Shown: positions 49,404 to 58,477 of the stretch, one piece after another
How positions within the stretch are numbered: position 1 is the first letter of the stretch
Layout of the letters: each line of letters begins with the position of its first letter
Assembly (NCBI GenBank): GCA_041662645.1
Contig: JBAZSA010000001.1
Coordinates: 1 to 58,795 of the forward strand
Length of the DNA stretch: 58,795 bases
Origin: Desulfurivibrionaceae bacterium
GTDB lineage: Bacteria > Desulfobacterota > Desulfobulbia > Desulfobulbales > Desulfurivibrionaceae
Reading direction: 5' to 3'
The notes under the pieces: model-generated
Databases searched by the model: none
What the model was told of the DNA's origin: nothing
What the model saw: only the letters and a program-made list of their open reading frames with translations
Translations under genes and position numbers: made by a program

Positions 49404-50594
49404 CTATCCGACGGTGACGTCGACTTTTTCGATATTATTCCGCATGTAGCCGGCCGGGTTCCACAGACTGTCAAGAGGCTGCGACTCGCCGATGCTGTTG
49501 GTCGCGCGCGCCATCAGGGTATATTTTCCTTTCTGCGAGGGCCTCCAGGGCAGCGACCACAGAACCCAGGAATACTTGCCGAGATCCTTGCCCAATTTGG
49601 CCTCCTTCCAGGTCTTGCCGCCATCCACCGAAACAACGACGTCCTTGATGCCGTAGCCGCCGGAAAAGGCGAGGCCGGATATGGTCACCTCCTTGCCCAT
49701 TGGCAAACGGTTGCCCTGGGAGGGCTCGATGATAAGCGAGCGGGTATCCATCCGGTTGATGGGAACGGTCTTGCCAGGGTTGGTGCCGGGTGGAACGCAG
49801 GCACAGGGATTGGCCGGAATGCGGTAGGCCGGATTCATCCAGAAAGTTTCCAGCGGTTTCGACAGCACGGTCACATCGCTGAGCGCCTTTACCCAGTATG
49901 AGGCATACCAGCCCGGCACCACCAATCGGGCGGGGAAGCCGTTGAGCATGGTCAGCGGCTTGCCGTTCATCTCGTAGGCGATGATGATATCTTCCTCCAG
50001 AGCCTTATCCACTGGCAGCGCCTTGACCAGGTCAGGTACGGTGGGAAGCGGCCCGGAATCAAGGCCATTAAAGGACACCTCCACCGAATCGCCTTTGACT
50101 CCGGCCTTGGCCAGGATGTCCTTCAAGCGGGCGCCGCCCCAGGTGACGTTGCCCATGGCGCCGTTGCCCCACTGCCCGCCGGGAACACGCGGCTCAAAAA
50201 GGCTGCGGCCATTGCCGGCGCATTGGATGACCGCGGTATAGCTAACCTTGGGAAGTCCTTTCAGGTCGTCCATGGAAAGCTCAAACGACCGCTCGGTATT
50301 GCCGCCGACCTTGATCCGCCAGGTCTGCAGATCAACCGAGGTGGGAATGTTGGCGATATGCCAGCGGACAAAGAGCGCTTCGTTGGGCGTGATCAGCTCC
50401 TTGAAAAAATGTTTGGGCGTTTCCAGCTGCGGTGGCCGTGAGGTGAGGAGGATCAAGTCCGTCTTTTCCGGGAAACGAACCAATTTCCCCTCACTGGCAA
50501 AAAGATCGACAGGGATCCCCCCCAAAGCGGTCACCATACCGATGGAACTTGCTGTCTTTAGGAAATCCCGACGTGAAAAAGATCTACTTTTCAT
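49404..50594 (-). CDS. sorA: Tat-exported sulfite oxidase-family molybdoenzyme, SorA-type sulfite dehydrogenase
   Basis: SRRDFLK Tat signal; RPPQLETP, FVRWH, IQCAGN (Mo-ligating Cys), PGWYASYWVK, WNPAGY. Confidence 0.82.
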   Translation of the reverse strand: MKSRSFSRRDFLKTASSIGMVTALGGIPVDLFASEGKLVRFPEKTDLILLTSRPPQLETPKHFFKELITPNEALFVRWHIANIPTSVDLQTWRIKVGGNTERSFELSMDDLKGLPKVSYTAVIQCAGNGRSLFEPRVPGGQWGNGAMGNVTWGGARLKDILAKAGVKGDSVEVSFNGLDSGPLPTVPDLVKALPVDKALEEDIIIAYEMNGKPLTMLNGFPARLVVPGWYASYWVKALSDVTVLSKPLETFWMNPAYRIPANPCACVPPGTNPGKTVPINRMDTRSLIIEPSQGNRLPMGKEVTISGLAFSGGYGIKDVVVSVDGGKTWKEAKLGKDLGKYSWVLWSLPWRPSQKGKYTLMARATNSIGESQPLDSLWNPAGYMRNNIEKVDVTVG

Positions 50595-50925
50595 GGCATG
50601 GCCCCCTCCCAATAGGATTTTTTTGAAAAAGTGTACCGGTTTCAACTCGTTACCGAAATGACGATCCGAAAAGAAAAGAGATGACCTCCTCTCATCGCTG
50701 GGGAAAACATAGGGGATAAATCTTGATGCACGATCTGTGCAATTGAATAATTATACCACGCAGGAAGCTGGCGATTAAAATATTTTATTGCCCCGGCAAC
50801 TCGAAATGCAGAAAGGGGAAATCCATGATACATATGCCAAGGTAGGCGAGAAAAATGGACCACCAACACACCATTTTCTATCAAAATTTTTGAGATACCC
50901 TCCCGGCATGAGCAGGTGAAAGGAA

Positions 50926-51777
50926 ATGAAAAATCACAGATTGGCATTTGTTTTGGTCACCACTGTCGCCATCGCCATTGTCGGCGCCGGCCTGTCCCTC
51001 TTTTTTGGCAGGTTCATCAATCTTGCCGGTATGGGGGGCGAGACAATGCCGATGTCGCTTCCGCCGGCCGCCCAGCAAGAGACGGCAGCGGCAATCACCT
51101 ACGCCCCTCCCTCTCCGCAGGATGCCCCGGCATCCATCAAGGAAGCTGTGCTGCTCGGCGCCAACATCCTCGCGGAAACCGGTAAGTATGCCGCCCCATA
51201 TGTGGGCAACAAGCTTTCTTGCACCAATTGCCACTTCAAGGCAGGCATCACCCAGGGGGGCAAAAACGGCGGTCTGTCCTTGGTCGGGGTGGGAGCTTCC
51301 TATCCCCAATACCGTAAAAGGCAAGACTATGCCGTTGATCTGGTAACCCGGACCAACGACTGCTTCAAAAGAAGCATGAACGGCAAGCCATTGCCTGAAG
51401 AAAGCAAGGAGATGGCCGCCATTGTCACCTACTACCAGTGGATATCAAAGGGATTGCCGGTCTACGCGGAAATACCTTGGTTGGGCCTGCCGCATCTCAA
51501 GAGTCCCCATGCCCCGGACAAGGCCAAGGGCGGGCAGGTTTTTGACGTCCAATGCGGTGTCTGCCACGGGAAGAACGGCGAAGGCACCAACGCCGCTCCT
51601 CCTCTCTGGGGCGATACCTCCTTCAACGACGGGGCAGGCATGCATAAGCCGGCAAACCTTGCCTCCTTTGCCCACCTCAACATGCCGTTGGGCAACCCGG
51701 ATCTTTCCGTTGAGGATGCCCTGGATGTGGCGGAGTATGTTGCCGCCCAGCCGCGACCCCATTTCAGCAATAAGTAA
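50926..51777 (+). CDS. tsdA: Diheme cytochrome c, TsdA family (thiosulfate dehydrogenase/tetrathionate reductase)
   Basis: CTNCH and CGVCH; RTNDCFKRSMNG (active-site Cys), PPLWG..SFNDGAGM, NMP, PRP. Confidence 0.85.
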   Translation: MKNHRLAFVLVTTVAIAIVGAGLSLFFGRFINLAGMGGETMPMSLPPAAQQETAAAITYAPPSPQDAPASIKEAVLLGANILAETGKYAAPYVGNKLSCTNCHFKAGITQGGKNGGLSLVGVGASYPQYRKRQDYAVDLVTRTNDCFKRSMNGKPLPEESKEMAAIVTYYQWISKGLPVYAEIPWLGLPHLKSPHAPDKAKGGQVFDVQCGVCHGKNGEGTNAAPPLWGDTSFNDGAGMHKPANLASFAHLNMPLGNPDLSVEDALDVAEYVAAQPRPHFSNK

Positions 51778-51795
51778 TCGTCAGGAGCGTAGCGC

Positions 51796-53163
51796 ATGGA
51801 GTTCCCAATTTTTCAGGTACCCTATCTGGGTAACGGCATGACCATTGCGCTTGATGCCGTGCTGCATGTCATTATCAGCCACGGTCTGGCCATCGGCGCG
51901 GTTTCCATGGTGGTGGTCAGCGAATATCTCGGACAGCGCCGGGCATCCCATGAATGGGAATGCTTTGCCAAGGATTTTCTCCGGGTTATCGTTTTTTTGA
52001 CCACCAGCGTCGGCGCTATAACCGGAGTCGGCATCTGGCTCATCACCAGCGCTCTGGCGCCGCGCGGGATCGGCTCGCTGCTCCGGGTTTTTTTCTGGCC
52101 CTGGTTTATGGAGTGGGGTGTTTTCACCGCCGAGGTGGTCATCGTCCTTATTTATTACTACACCTGGCAAAGCTGGACCGGGGAGAGGAAAAAACACCAC
52201 CTGCGGCTCGGCCTCGGCTATGTTGCGGCGGCCCTCTGCTCGGCTCTGTTGATCACCGGCATTCTCGGCTTCATGCTCACCCCGGACGGCTGGCCGTGGA
52301 ACAAGAGCCTCTGGTCGGCATTCTTCAATGCCAGCTACTTGCCGCAACTTGTCCTGCGCCTCGGCATCGCCTATTCCCTGGGCACCCTCTTTTCCGTCGG
52401 CTACCTTGTCTTTACCCGCCGGGAAGGTAATTTTCGCAAAGAGGGTCTTGCGGTTTTCGCTAAAATCGCCCTTATCAGCCTAACGGTCACGCTTTTCAGC
52501 GCTGCCTGGTATTTCAAGGCGGTCCCCTCCGCCTTCAAGACCCATTCGCTCTATGCGGTCATGACCTCCCGCTTTTCCCAGCAGCCCGGACTGTTTTGGG
52601 AAATCACCATCGGCGGCGCGGTTTTTCTGCTGCTTTTCTGGCTTGTGGCCCTGCGTAGGTCAGTCATCTCCGTCCGGATCCTTGTGGTGCCGGCGATTGT
52701 TGTCGCCATTCTTTTCGTGGCCCAGTTTGAACGGGTGCGGGAGTTTATCCGCGGCCCGTATCTGATGCCCGGCTATATGTATGCCAACCAGGTTCTGCTT
52801 GCGGAGGCACCTCTTTTTGCCAAGAAAGGTATGCTCCCGAGCTCTTACTGGTATAAGGCCACAGCCAAGCAGGGCGATCCGGTGGGCCAGGGCGCCTATC
52901 TTTTTGCCCAAAACTGTTCCGCCTGCCACACCATCGGCGGGATCAACGATATCGTTGTCCGGGTGCAAGGCAGAACAGCGGACGGCCTCTACGTCATCCT
53001 CGGCCACACCCAGGAAATGGTGCCATTCATGCCCCCTTTTTCAGGCACCAATCAGGAACGGCGGATCATGGCCGATTTTCTCTTTCGCCTCGGAGACGGC
53101 ACGATCAAACTTGGCGCGCCCTCTCGCTTTACCCCGCTCAACGGAGGGTCGGCACATGAATAA
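51796..53163 (+). CDS. Cytochrome bd subunit I (CydA)-like membrane protein with C-terminal cytochrome c domain
   Basis: About 9 TM; HVIISH, EWGVFTAE, GFMLTP, ERVREFIRGPY (EXGRQPW-like); CSACH...MPPF. Confidence 0.75.
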   Translation: MEFPIFQVPYLGNGMTIALDAVLHVIISHGLAIGAVSMVVVSEYLGQRRASHEWECFAKDFLRVIVFLTTSVGAITGVGIWLITSALAPRGIGSLLRVFFWPWFMEWGVFTAEVVIVLIYYYTWQSWTGERKKHHLRLGLGYVAAALCSALLITGILGFMLTPDGWPWNKSLWSAFFNASYLPQLVLRLGIAYSLGTLFSVGYLVFTRREGNFRKEGLAVFAKIALISLTVTLFSAAWYFKAVPSAFKTHSLYAVMTSRFSQQPGLFWEITIGGAVFLLLFWLVALRRSVISVRILVVPAIVVAILFVAQFERVREFIRGPYLMPGYMYANQVLLAEAPLFAKKGMLPSSYWYKATAKQGDPVGQGAYLFAQNCSACHTIGGINDIVVRVQGRTADGLYVILGHTQEMVPFMPPFSGTNQERRIMADFLFRLGDGTIKLGAPSRFTPLNGGSAHE

Positions 53164-54721
53164 CCTCTTTGACCTCCTTCTGCAAAAGCCCATGCCCGAG
53201 CCATGGTTGCAGGGCCTTCTTTTTGTCTCCTTTGCCCTGCACCTGCTCTTTGTCCTGTTCACGCTCGGCACGGCGATCCTTGCTTTTTCCTACCTGTTGA
53301 GCGGCCACTGGGGCGGCAAGCCTCAATCCCTTCGCCTGGCAGGCCGGATTGCCAAAGCCTTCATGGGCCACAAAAGCCTTGCCGTGGTGTTGGGCGTGGC
53401 CCCCTTGCTCCTGATCCAGGTTGCCTTTACCATTCCATTTTTTACCGGGATCAATCTCTTTGCCCCTTACTGGCTTGTCATCATCGCGCTGCTCATCGTC
53501 GCCTTTCTTGCTTTCGATGTGCTGGCCCATCACCTTGACAGCCACCGCCTTATCCCGCTGATCTTGGGAATTACCGGCCTGCTCACCCTGTTGGCGGTCC
53601 CGGGAATCTTCGTTCTGATCCTGACCGCCTCCGAACATCCTGCCCGTTGGATCACCATCATTGAGCAAGGGTACCGCCTGAACGGATTGTTGGCTGTTCA
53701 CTGGTTGTTTAGATATCTGCATGTCCTGGGGGCTGCGGTGGTGTTCGGGGCGGCGTTTCATTATTTTTTCGCCGCTGAGGAGAGGGAGGAGCGAAAATCC
53801 CTGCTGCGTCTTCTCGTCGCTTCCACCTTGCTCCAGATTGTCCTCGGCATCCTGCTCTATGCATCACTGCCGGACAAGCCGGGGATGATTGTCAATCTCG
53901 CCTTCTTTATCGGGGTAGGCGTTGTTGCGCTTTTTCTTTGGTACCTGTTCATCATCGGCAGCAAAGAGGATACGCTCCTTTCATTACAACTTACCGCTCC
54001 CGCGATGATGTGTATCCTGGTCTCGATGTTGCTGGGCCGTCAGCTGATTCAGAACCGGACATATCTGCCCCTCACGGTAGCGCTGCAGGAAAATACCCGG
54101 GCGCACAGCCGGGAAACCGGCGCTTTCACCCAGGAAAGCCTTGCGCGGTATCAGGCAAAGCTCAACGTTGTCTACGACAACGGCGCCACCATCTATGCCC
54201 AGAGCTGCGCCTTCTGTCATGGCGAGCTGGCGGACGGCGCGGGACCAGAGGCGAAAAATATGGCGGTGCGGCCGGAAAACATTGCTGCCGTGCGGACTAC
54301 CGCACCCTATCTCCATAAAATTCTTACCGAGGGGGTTCCCGGCTCGGCCATGCCGTACTTCACCTTCCTGGATCGGAACAAGCTTGATGCCCTGGCCGAA
54401 TATCTCAACGCCAACCACCATCTGATAGAAAAACCAGGGGCTCTTCCGGCTGTCATTTCTGCGGCAACGCTGAAGCAGGCCGAGCAGGTCTATGTGGAAA
54501 CCTGCACCCCGTGTCATGGCAATGACGGCAAGGGCACGGAACAATCCCGTGGCTACCGTCCGCCACCGCCTGATTTTACAGCGTATAGCCTCACACCCCA
54601 ATGGATGTTCGAGGTGATCAGTAACGGCTACAACGGCACCTTAATGCCTGGTTTCGGAAACCTGCCCGAAACGGTCCGGTGGGGGCTGGTAGAAGTCGTC
54701 ACAGCCAAACGTGGTCGGTAA
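53156..54721 (+). CDS. Polytopic membrane protein (CydA'-like) with two C-terminal cytochrome c domains
   Basis: TM histidines (FALHLL, RYLHVL); CAFCH...AMP and CTPCH...LMP; overlaps the upstream gene by 8 nt, GGAGG RBS. Confidence 0.75.
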   Translation: MNNLFDLLLQKPMPEPWLQGLLFVSFALHLLFVLFTLGTAILAFSYLLSGHWGGKPQSLRLAGRIAKAFMGHKSLAVVLGVAPLLLIQVAFTIPFFTGINLFAPYWLVIIALLIVAFLAFDVLAHHLDSHRLIPLILGITGLLTLLAVPGIFVLILTASEHPARWITIIEQGYRLNGLLAVHWLFRYLHVLGAAVVFGAAFHYFFAAEEREERKSLLRLLVASTLLQIVLGILLYASLPDKPGMIVNLAFFIGVGVVALFLWYLFIIGSKEDTLLSLQLTAPAMMCILVSMLLGRQLIQNRTYLPLTVALQENTRAHSRETGAFTQESLARYQAKLNVVYDNGATIYAQSCAFCHGELADGAGPEAKNMAVRPENIAAVRTTAPYLHKILTEGVPGSAMPYFTFLDRNKLDALAEYLNANHHLIEKPGALPAVISAATLKQAEQVYVETCTPCHGNDGKGTEQSRGYRPPPPDFTAYSLTPQWMFEVISNGYNGTLMPGFGNLPETVRWGLVEVVTAKRGR

Positions 54722-54781
54722 ACAGAGAGTGGAAACGAGGTGTGATAACGGCGGGGAAAGGATCATTTTTTCGGGAAATTT

Positions 54782-55639
54782 TCAACGGTTTTTGTTACTG
54801 CGCATCTTGCGGAAATGCTGTAGGCCTGCGGCCGCCAGATAAACAAATCCTGCGATCACGATGATGGCCGGGCCGCTGGGCAGATCGAAGCTGTAGCTGA
54901 TGGCCAGGCCCGAGCCGATAAAGGCGATGCAGAACAGGGTGGCCAGCACCATCATCTGCCAGAGGCCCTTGGCAAGATTGCTCGCCACTGCCGCGGGCAG
55001 GGTCAGCAGGGCAATGACCATCACAATCCCCACCACCCGGACCAGCAGGACCACGGTCAAGGCAGTCAGGCAGAGGAGCAGCAGGTAGTACAGATCCGTG
55101 CGGACCCCGCGCAGCCTGGCATACTCCTCGTCAAAACAGACGGCCAGGAATTTATGGTAAAACAGGGTGGCTATTCCCACCACCAATGCGTCCAGCACCA
55201 GCACCATCCAGAGGTCAAACTCCGAGATCAGCAGGATATTGCCGAACAGGTAGCTCATCGGCTCGACATAGCCCGGGGTTTTGGCGATGAACAGCAAGCC
55301 GACGGCCATCCCGATGGCCCAGAGGGCGCCGATGGCCGTGTCTTCCCGCTGGTTGGCGTGCAGGCTCACCATGCCGATGATGATGGCTGCTAAAAGCGCT
55401 GCAACGATGGCTCCTGACAGGGGCCCGAACCAGGTGATGCCCAACTTGTGCTGGCAGTAAAGCCCCGCCCCGATGCCGCCGAGCACACAATGGGCGATGG
55501 CGCCGGCAATATAGGTGATGCGGCGGGCCACCACATAGGTGCCGATGATGCCGAAGGAGAGGCTGGCCAGGATACCGGCACCGAAGGCATAGCGCAGGAA
55601 GGGAATGGCCGGGTCGGCCAGGGCGTCAAGAAATTCCAT
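54782..55639 (-). CDS. znuB: Zn/Mn ABC transporter permease
   Basis: AIAHCVLGG, YLFGNIL, FDEEYA..G, VGIVMV..LLTLPA, PSGP. Confidence 0.85.
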   Translation of the reverse strand: MEFLDALADPAIPFLRYAFGAGILASLSFGIIGTYVVARRITYIAGAIAHCVLGGIGAGLYCQHKLGITWFGPLSGAIVAALLAAIIIGMVSLHANQREDTAIGALWAIGMAVGLLFIAKTPGYVEPMSYLFGNILLISEFDLWMVLVLDALVVGIATLFYHKFLAVCFDEEYARLRGVRTDLYYLLLLCLTALTVVLLVRVVGIVMVIALLTLPAAVASNLAKGLWQMMVLATLFCIAFIGSGLAISYSFDLPSGPAIIVIAGFVYLAAAGLQHFRKMRSNKNR

Positions 55640-56420
55640 GGTTGCAGTGTCCCTCGGGCGAGCAGCGGTGATCGTGGCGGATCATGCGGATGTCGCCGCC
55701 GTACATGTTGCGGATCAGCTCACCGGTCAGTTCGCTGGTGGGGTGGAGCACGACCTGGCGGTTGACGCAGACGATGCTTTTGAAGAACTTCGAGGCAAAA
55801 CCGACATCGTGGGTGACCAGCATGACGGTGAGGCGTTCGTTGAGCTTGCCGAGCAGCTTGAAGAGCTGCTCTTCCGAGGCGGCGTCGATGTTGGCCGTCG
55901 GCTCGTCAAGGAGAAGCAGTTCGCCTTCCGCGGCCAGCGCCCTGGCAATGAGGACCCGCTGCCTTTGTCCCCCGGAAATCTCTGCAAACAGGCGGCCGGC
56001 CAGATCAGCCAGCCCCATTTCCGCAAGGGCCGCCTGGGCAGCCTCCCGGTCGGCCTTGGCGTAAGCTCCGCAGAAGATCCGGTCCAGCCGGCCCATGAGC
56101 ACGACATCAAGCACCGTCACTGGAAACTGCGGATCGTAGCGTGCATACTGCGGCACATAGCCGATGCGCAACCGGCTTTTCTCCGGCGTTTGCCCCAATA
56201 CTTCGATCTCGCCCCGGTTCGGTTTGAGCAACCCGAGGATGAGCTTGAGCAGGGTAGTCTTGCCGCCGCCGTTTGGCCCCACGATGCAGAGAGAATCACG
56301 GGCCATGATATCCAGGGTGACGTTTTCCAGGATGGGTGCGCCATTGTAAGCGAAATCAAGATCCCGGATGCGGAGGGCTATGTTCTGTTTGCTGGTGGCG
56401 GACATGGGCTGTTCCTTCAC
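55626..56420 (-). CDS. znuC: Zn/Mn ABC transporter ATPase
   Basis: GPNGGGKTT, GYVPQ, ISGGQRQR, LDEPT, THD; His/Cys-rich tail HDHRC..HCNH. Confidence 0.88.
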   Translation of the reverse strand: MKEQPMSATSKQNIALRIRDLDFAYNGAPILENVTLDIMARDSLCIVGPNGGGKTTLLKLILGLLKPNRGEIEVLGQTPEKSRLRIGYVPQYARYDPQFPVTVLDVVLMGRLDRIFCGAYAKADREAAQAALAEMGLADLAGRLFAEISGGQRQRVLIARALAAEGELLLLDEPTANIDAASEEQLFKLLGKLNERLTVMLVTHDVGFASKFFKSIVCVNRQVVLHPTSELTGELIRNMYGGDIRMIRHDHRCSPEGHCNHGIS

Positions 56421-57322
56421 TATTTCAGTGACTGTCCGATGGCTGCGGCGATGGCGGCGAGATTGCGCAGCACCTCCTGGTCCAGTGGATCGATGGGCAC
56501 TACGGTTCCGTTGATGGCCTGGGCCACGGTGGCCCCGCTCTTGCTGTCGAATTGCGGTTGGACAAAGATGGTGCGCACCCGATCCTCCCTGGCTTGGCGG
56601 ATAAGGGCGCTAATCTGTTTCGGCGTAGGGGATTTGCCGCCGATTTCCACCCCTTTCTGTTTCAGGCCGTAGGCTTGGGCAAAATAGCCGAAGGCCGGGT
56701 GAAAAACGTAAAAGGTTTTGCCCCGGTACGGAGCAAGGGTGGTGGTCAACCGTTTGTCCAGTTCGTTGATCTCGCGCTGGAGGGACGCAAGATTTCTGTG
56801 CAGAGCCTCTTTGTGCTCCGGCATGGCGACACTCATGGCCGCCGCCATGTTGTCGGCCATGAGCCGCAGGTTGTCCGTGGCCAGCCAGAGATGGGGGTCT
56901 GCTTCGTTGCCGGAGTGCGCTTCCTTGGCATGTGTTTCGTGGTGGTCTTCCGCAAGGGGTAAACGGACGATACCCCGGGTGGAATCCACGATCCGCAGAT
57001 TGCGATTGTTGGCCGCGACCTTGGCAACCAGTTGTTTTTCAAAGGGGATGTCCACCGTGAAAAACAGACTGGCTCCGGCCAGGGCGGCTGCCTGCCGAGG
57101 GGTTGGTTCAAAGGTGTGCGGATCTTGCCCTTTGCCGACCAGGGTGTGCACCTCTACTGCATCGCCGCCGATTCTTTCGGCAAGATATGCCTGGGGCGGC
57201 ACGGTGACAAAGATCCGTGTCTTCGTCGTTGTTGGCGCGGCGAGGGCGCTGGGTGCCCATCCGGTGATGGCCAGGAAAAGAGCAGCGATTGCAAAGAATC
57301 TGGAAAGGTTCAATGCTGGCAT
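56420..57322 (-). CDS. znuA: Zn ABC transporter substrate-binding protein
   Basis: Signal peptide, DPHTFEP, His-rich loop [25 protein letters not shown]; start may be 57364. Confidence 0.85.
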   Translation of the reverse strand: MPALNLSRFFAIAALFLAITGWAPSALAAPTTTKTRIFVTVPPQAYLAERIGGDAVEVHTLVGKGQDPHTFEPTPRQAAALAGASLFFTVDIPFEKQLVAKVAANNRNLRIVDSTRGIVRLPLAEDHHETHAKEAHSGNEADPHLWLATDNLRLMADNMAAAMSVAMPEHKEALHRNLASLQREINELDKRLTTTLAPYRGKTFYVFHPAFGYFAQAYGLKQKGVEIGGKSPTPKQISALIRQAREDRVRTIFVQPQFDSKSGATVAQAINGTVVPIDPLDQEVLRNLAAIAAAIGQSLK

Positions 57323-57585
57323 GGATTTTCCGTGATCCCGCAGACGAGATGCACGGCCTTGCACTCATCACATTTTTGCAGGGAATGGGTGTCGAGAAAT
57401 TTTGCCCAGTGGGTGCGCTGTTCCGAGGTCAGAATGCCGGTTCCCTGGCAGAGCGGGCAACCGTTTTCCAGGGCGTTCAAGATGGCGTTTCTGATAAATT
57501 CGGATTTGTTGGGCACCGTATGCAGGGCTTTGGCCAGTGTTTCATCGGCCTTGAAGGTGATGGTTTCCAGTTTTTTATTGCGCAT
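57310..57585 (-). CDS. Ribbon-helix-helix (CopG-like) regulator with Cys/His-rich C-terminal domain
   Basis: ETITFKAD beta ribbon, [10 protein letters not shown] helix; [19 protein letters not shown]; GGAG RBS. Confidence 0.78.
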   Translation of the reverse strand: MRNKKLETITFKADETLAKALHTVPNKSEFIRNAILNALENGCPLCQGTGILTSEQRTHWAKFLDTHSLQKCDECKAVHLVCGITENPCQH

Positions 57586-57619
57586 GTTTTTTCTCCGGAT
57601 GCGTAAATGCGAGAGCCTA

Positions 57620-57648
57620 ATCGTAATACAAAGTATTACTTGTGTAAA
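57620..57648 (-). promoter_or_regulatory. Sigma70 promoter with internal palindromic operator
   Basis: Minus strand TTTACA (57648-57643)-17 nt-TACGAT (57625-57620); perfect palindrome GTAATAC-aaa-GTATTAC at 57623-57639. Confidence 0.7.
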
Positions 57649-57807
57649 CGGGAATATCAATACCGCCATCCCTGGTTGGGTGAGGTCTCTGTAATGAAAA
57701 GGGGGGTTGCTTCTTCTTTTTCTTATGGTATACTTAAGCCAATGCTTTTTTTTCTTGTATTGCTTGGCGATCCCACCATAAACGCTGTCTGCTGAAAGGG
57801 GTTTCTC

Positions 57808-58002
57808 ATGTTTGGACTTGGAATGCCGGAACTCATCGTTATTCTGGTGATAATTGTCATTATCTTCGGAGCGGGCAAGCTGCCTGAGATCGGCTCTGGG
57901 ATCGGGCAGGGGATCAAGAATTTTAAAAAAGCCACCCGCGATGCGGAGAAGCAGGAAAAAATCGAGGAAAAAGACAAGGGAGGGGGCTCTGGCCCTGCCT
58001 GA
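57808..58002 (+). CDS. tatA: Twin-arginine translocase TatA/E
   Basis: [32 protein letters not shown]. Confidence 0.93.
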   Translation: MFGLGMPELIVILVIIVIIFGAGKLPEIGSGIGQGIKNFKKATRDAEKQEKIEEKDKGGGSGPA

Positions 58003-58051
58003 TCACGATATTGGTGTTTGCTTGTAACGATTTTACAAAAGGAGAATGACT

Positions 58052-58279
58052 ATGTTTGGCTTGGGTACTCCGGAATTGATTGTTATCTTGGGCATCGCTT
58101 TCCTGGTCTTTGGCGGCAAGAAACTGCCGGAAATCGGCTCTGGCCTCGGTAAGGCTATCTCGTCCTTTAAACAAGGGCTGCGCGAGGCGGAAGAAACCGT
58201 GCCTGGGGTGAAAGAGGTCGCTTCTCTCAAGGAGGAAGTCAGCAAGGTCAAGGAGCTGGCCAACCCATTGGCAAAATAA
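58052..58279 (+). CDS. tatA: Twin-arginine translocase TatA/E (second copy)
   Basis: MFGLGTPELIVIL..FGGKKLPEIG..AISSFK; AAGGAG RBS. Confidence 0.9.
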   Translation: MFGLGTPELIVILGIAFLVFGGKKLPEIGSGLGKAISSFKQGLREAEETVPGVKEVASLKEEVSKVKELANPLAK

Positions 58280-58311
58280 ACAGCGAAAACACGGGCGATT
58301 GTTAAGTGCTC

Positions 58312-58355
58312 AGGGCAGGTGGATACCACGACGGTATCCACCTGCCCTTTTTTTT
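58312..58355 (+). terminator. Rho-independent terminator
   Basis: 16-bp perfect stem AGGGCAGGTGGATACC-acgac-GGTATCCACCTGCCCT followed by a T run. Confidence 0.88.
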
Positions 58356-58477
58356 GTGCGCAATATCCTGCTTGTATTTCTGAGACTTCTAAATATACAA
58401 TGGTGCTTTGTCAGCAGAGATGGCAACTTAAGTTGTAGTGCGTTTTTTGCGTTATATAAAAAAAATCGATGGGGGGC

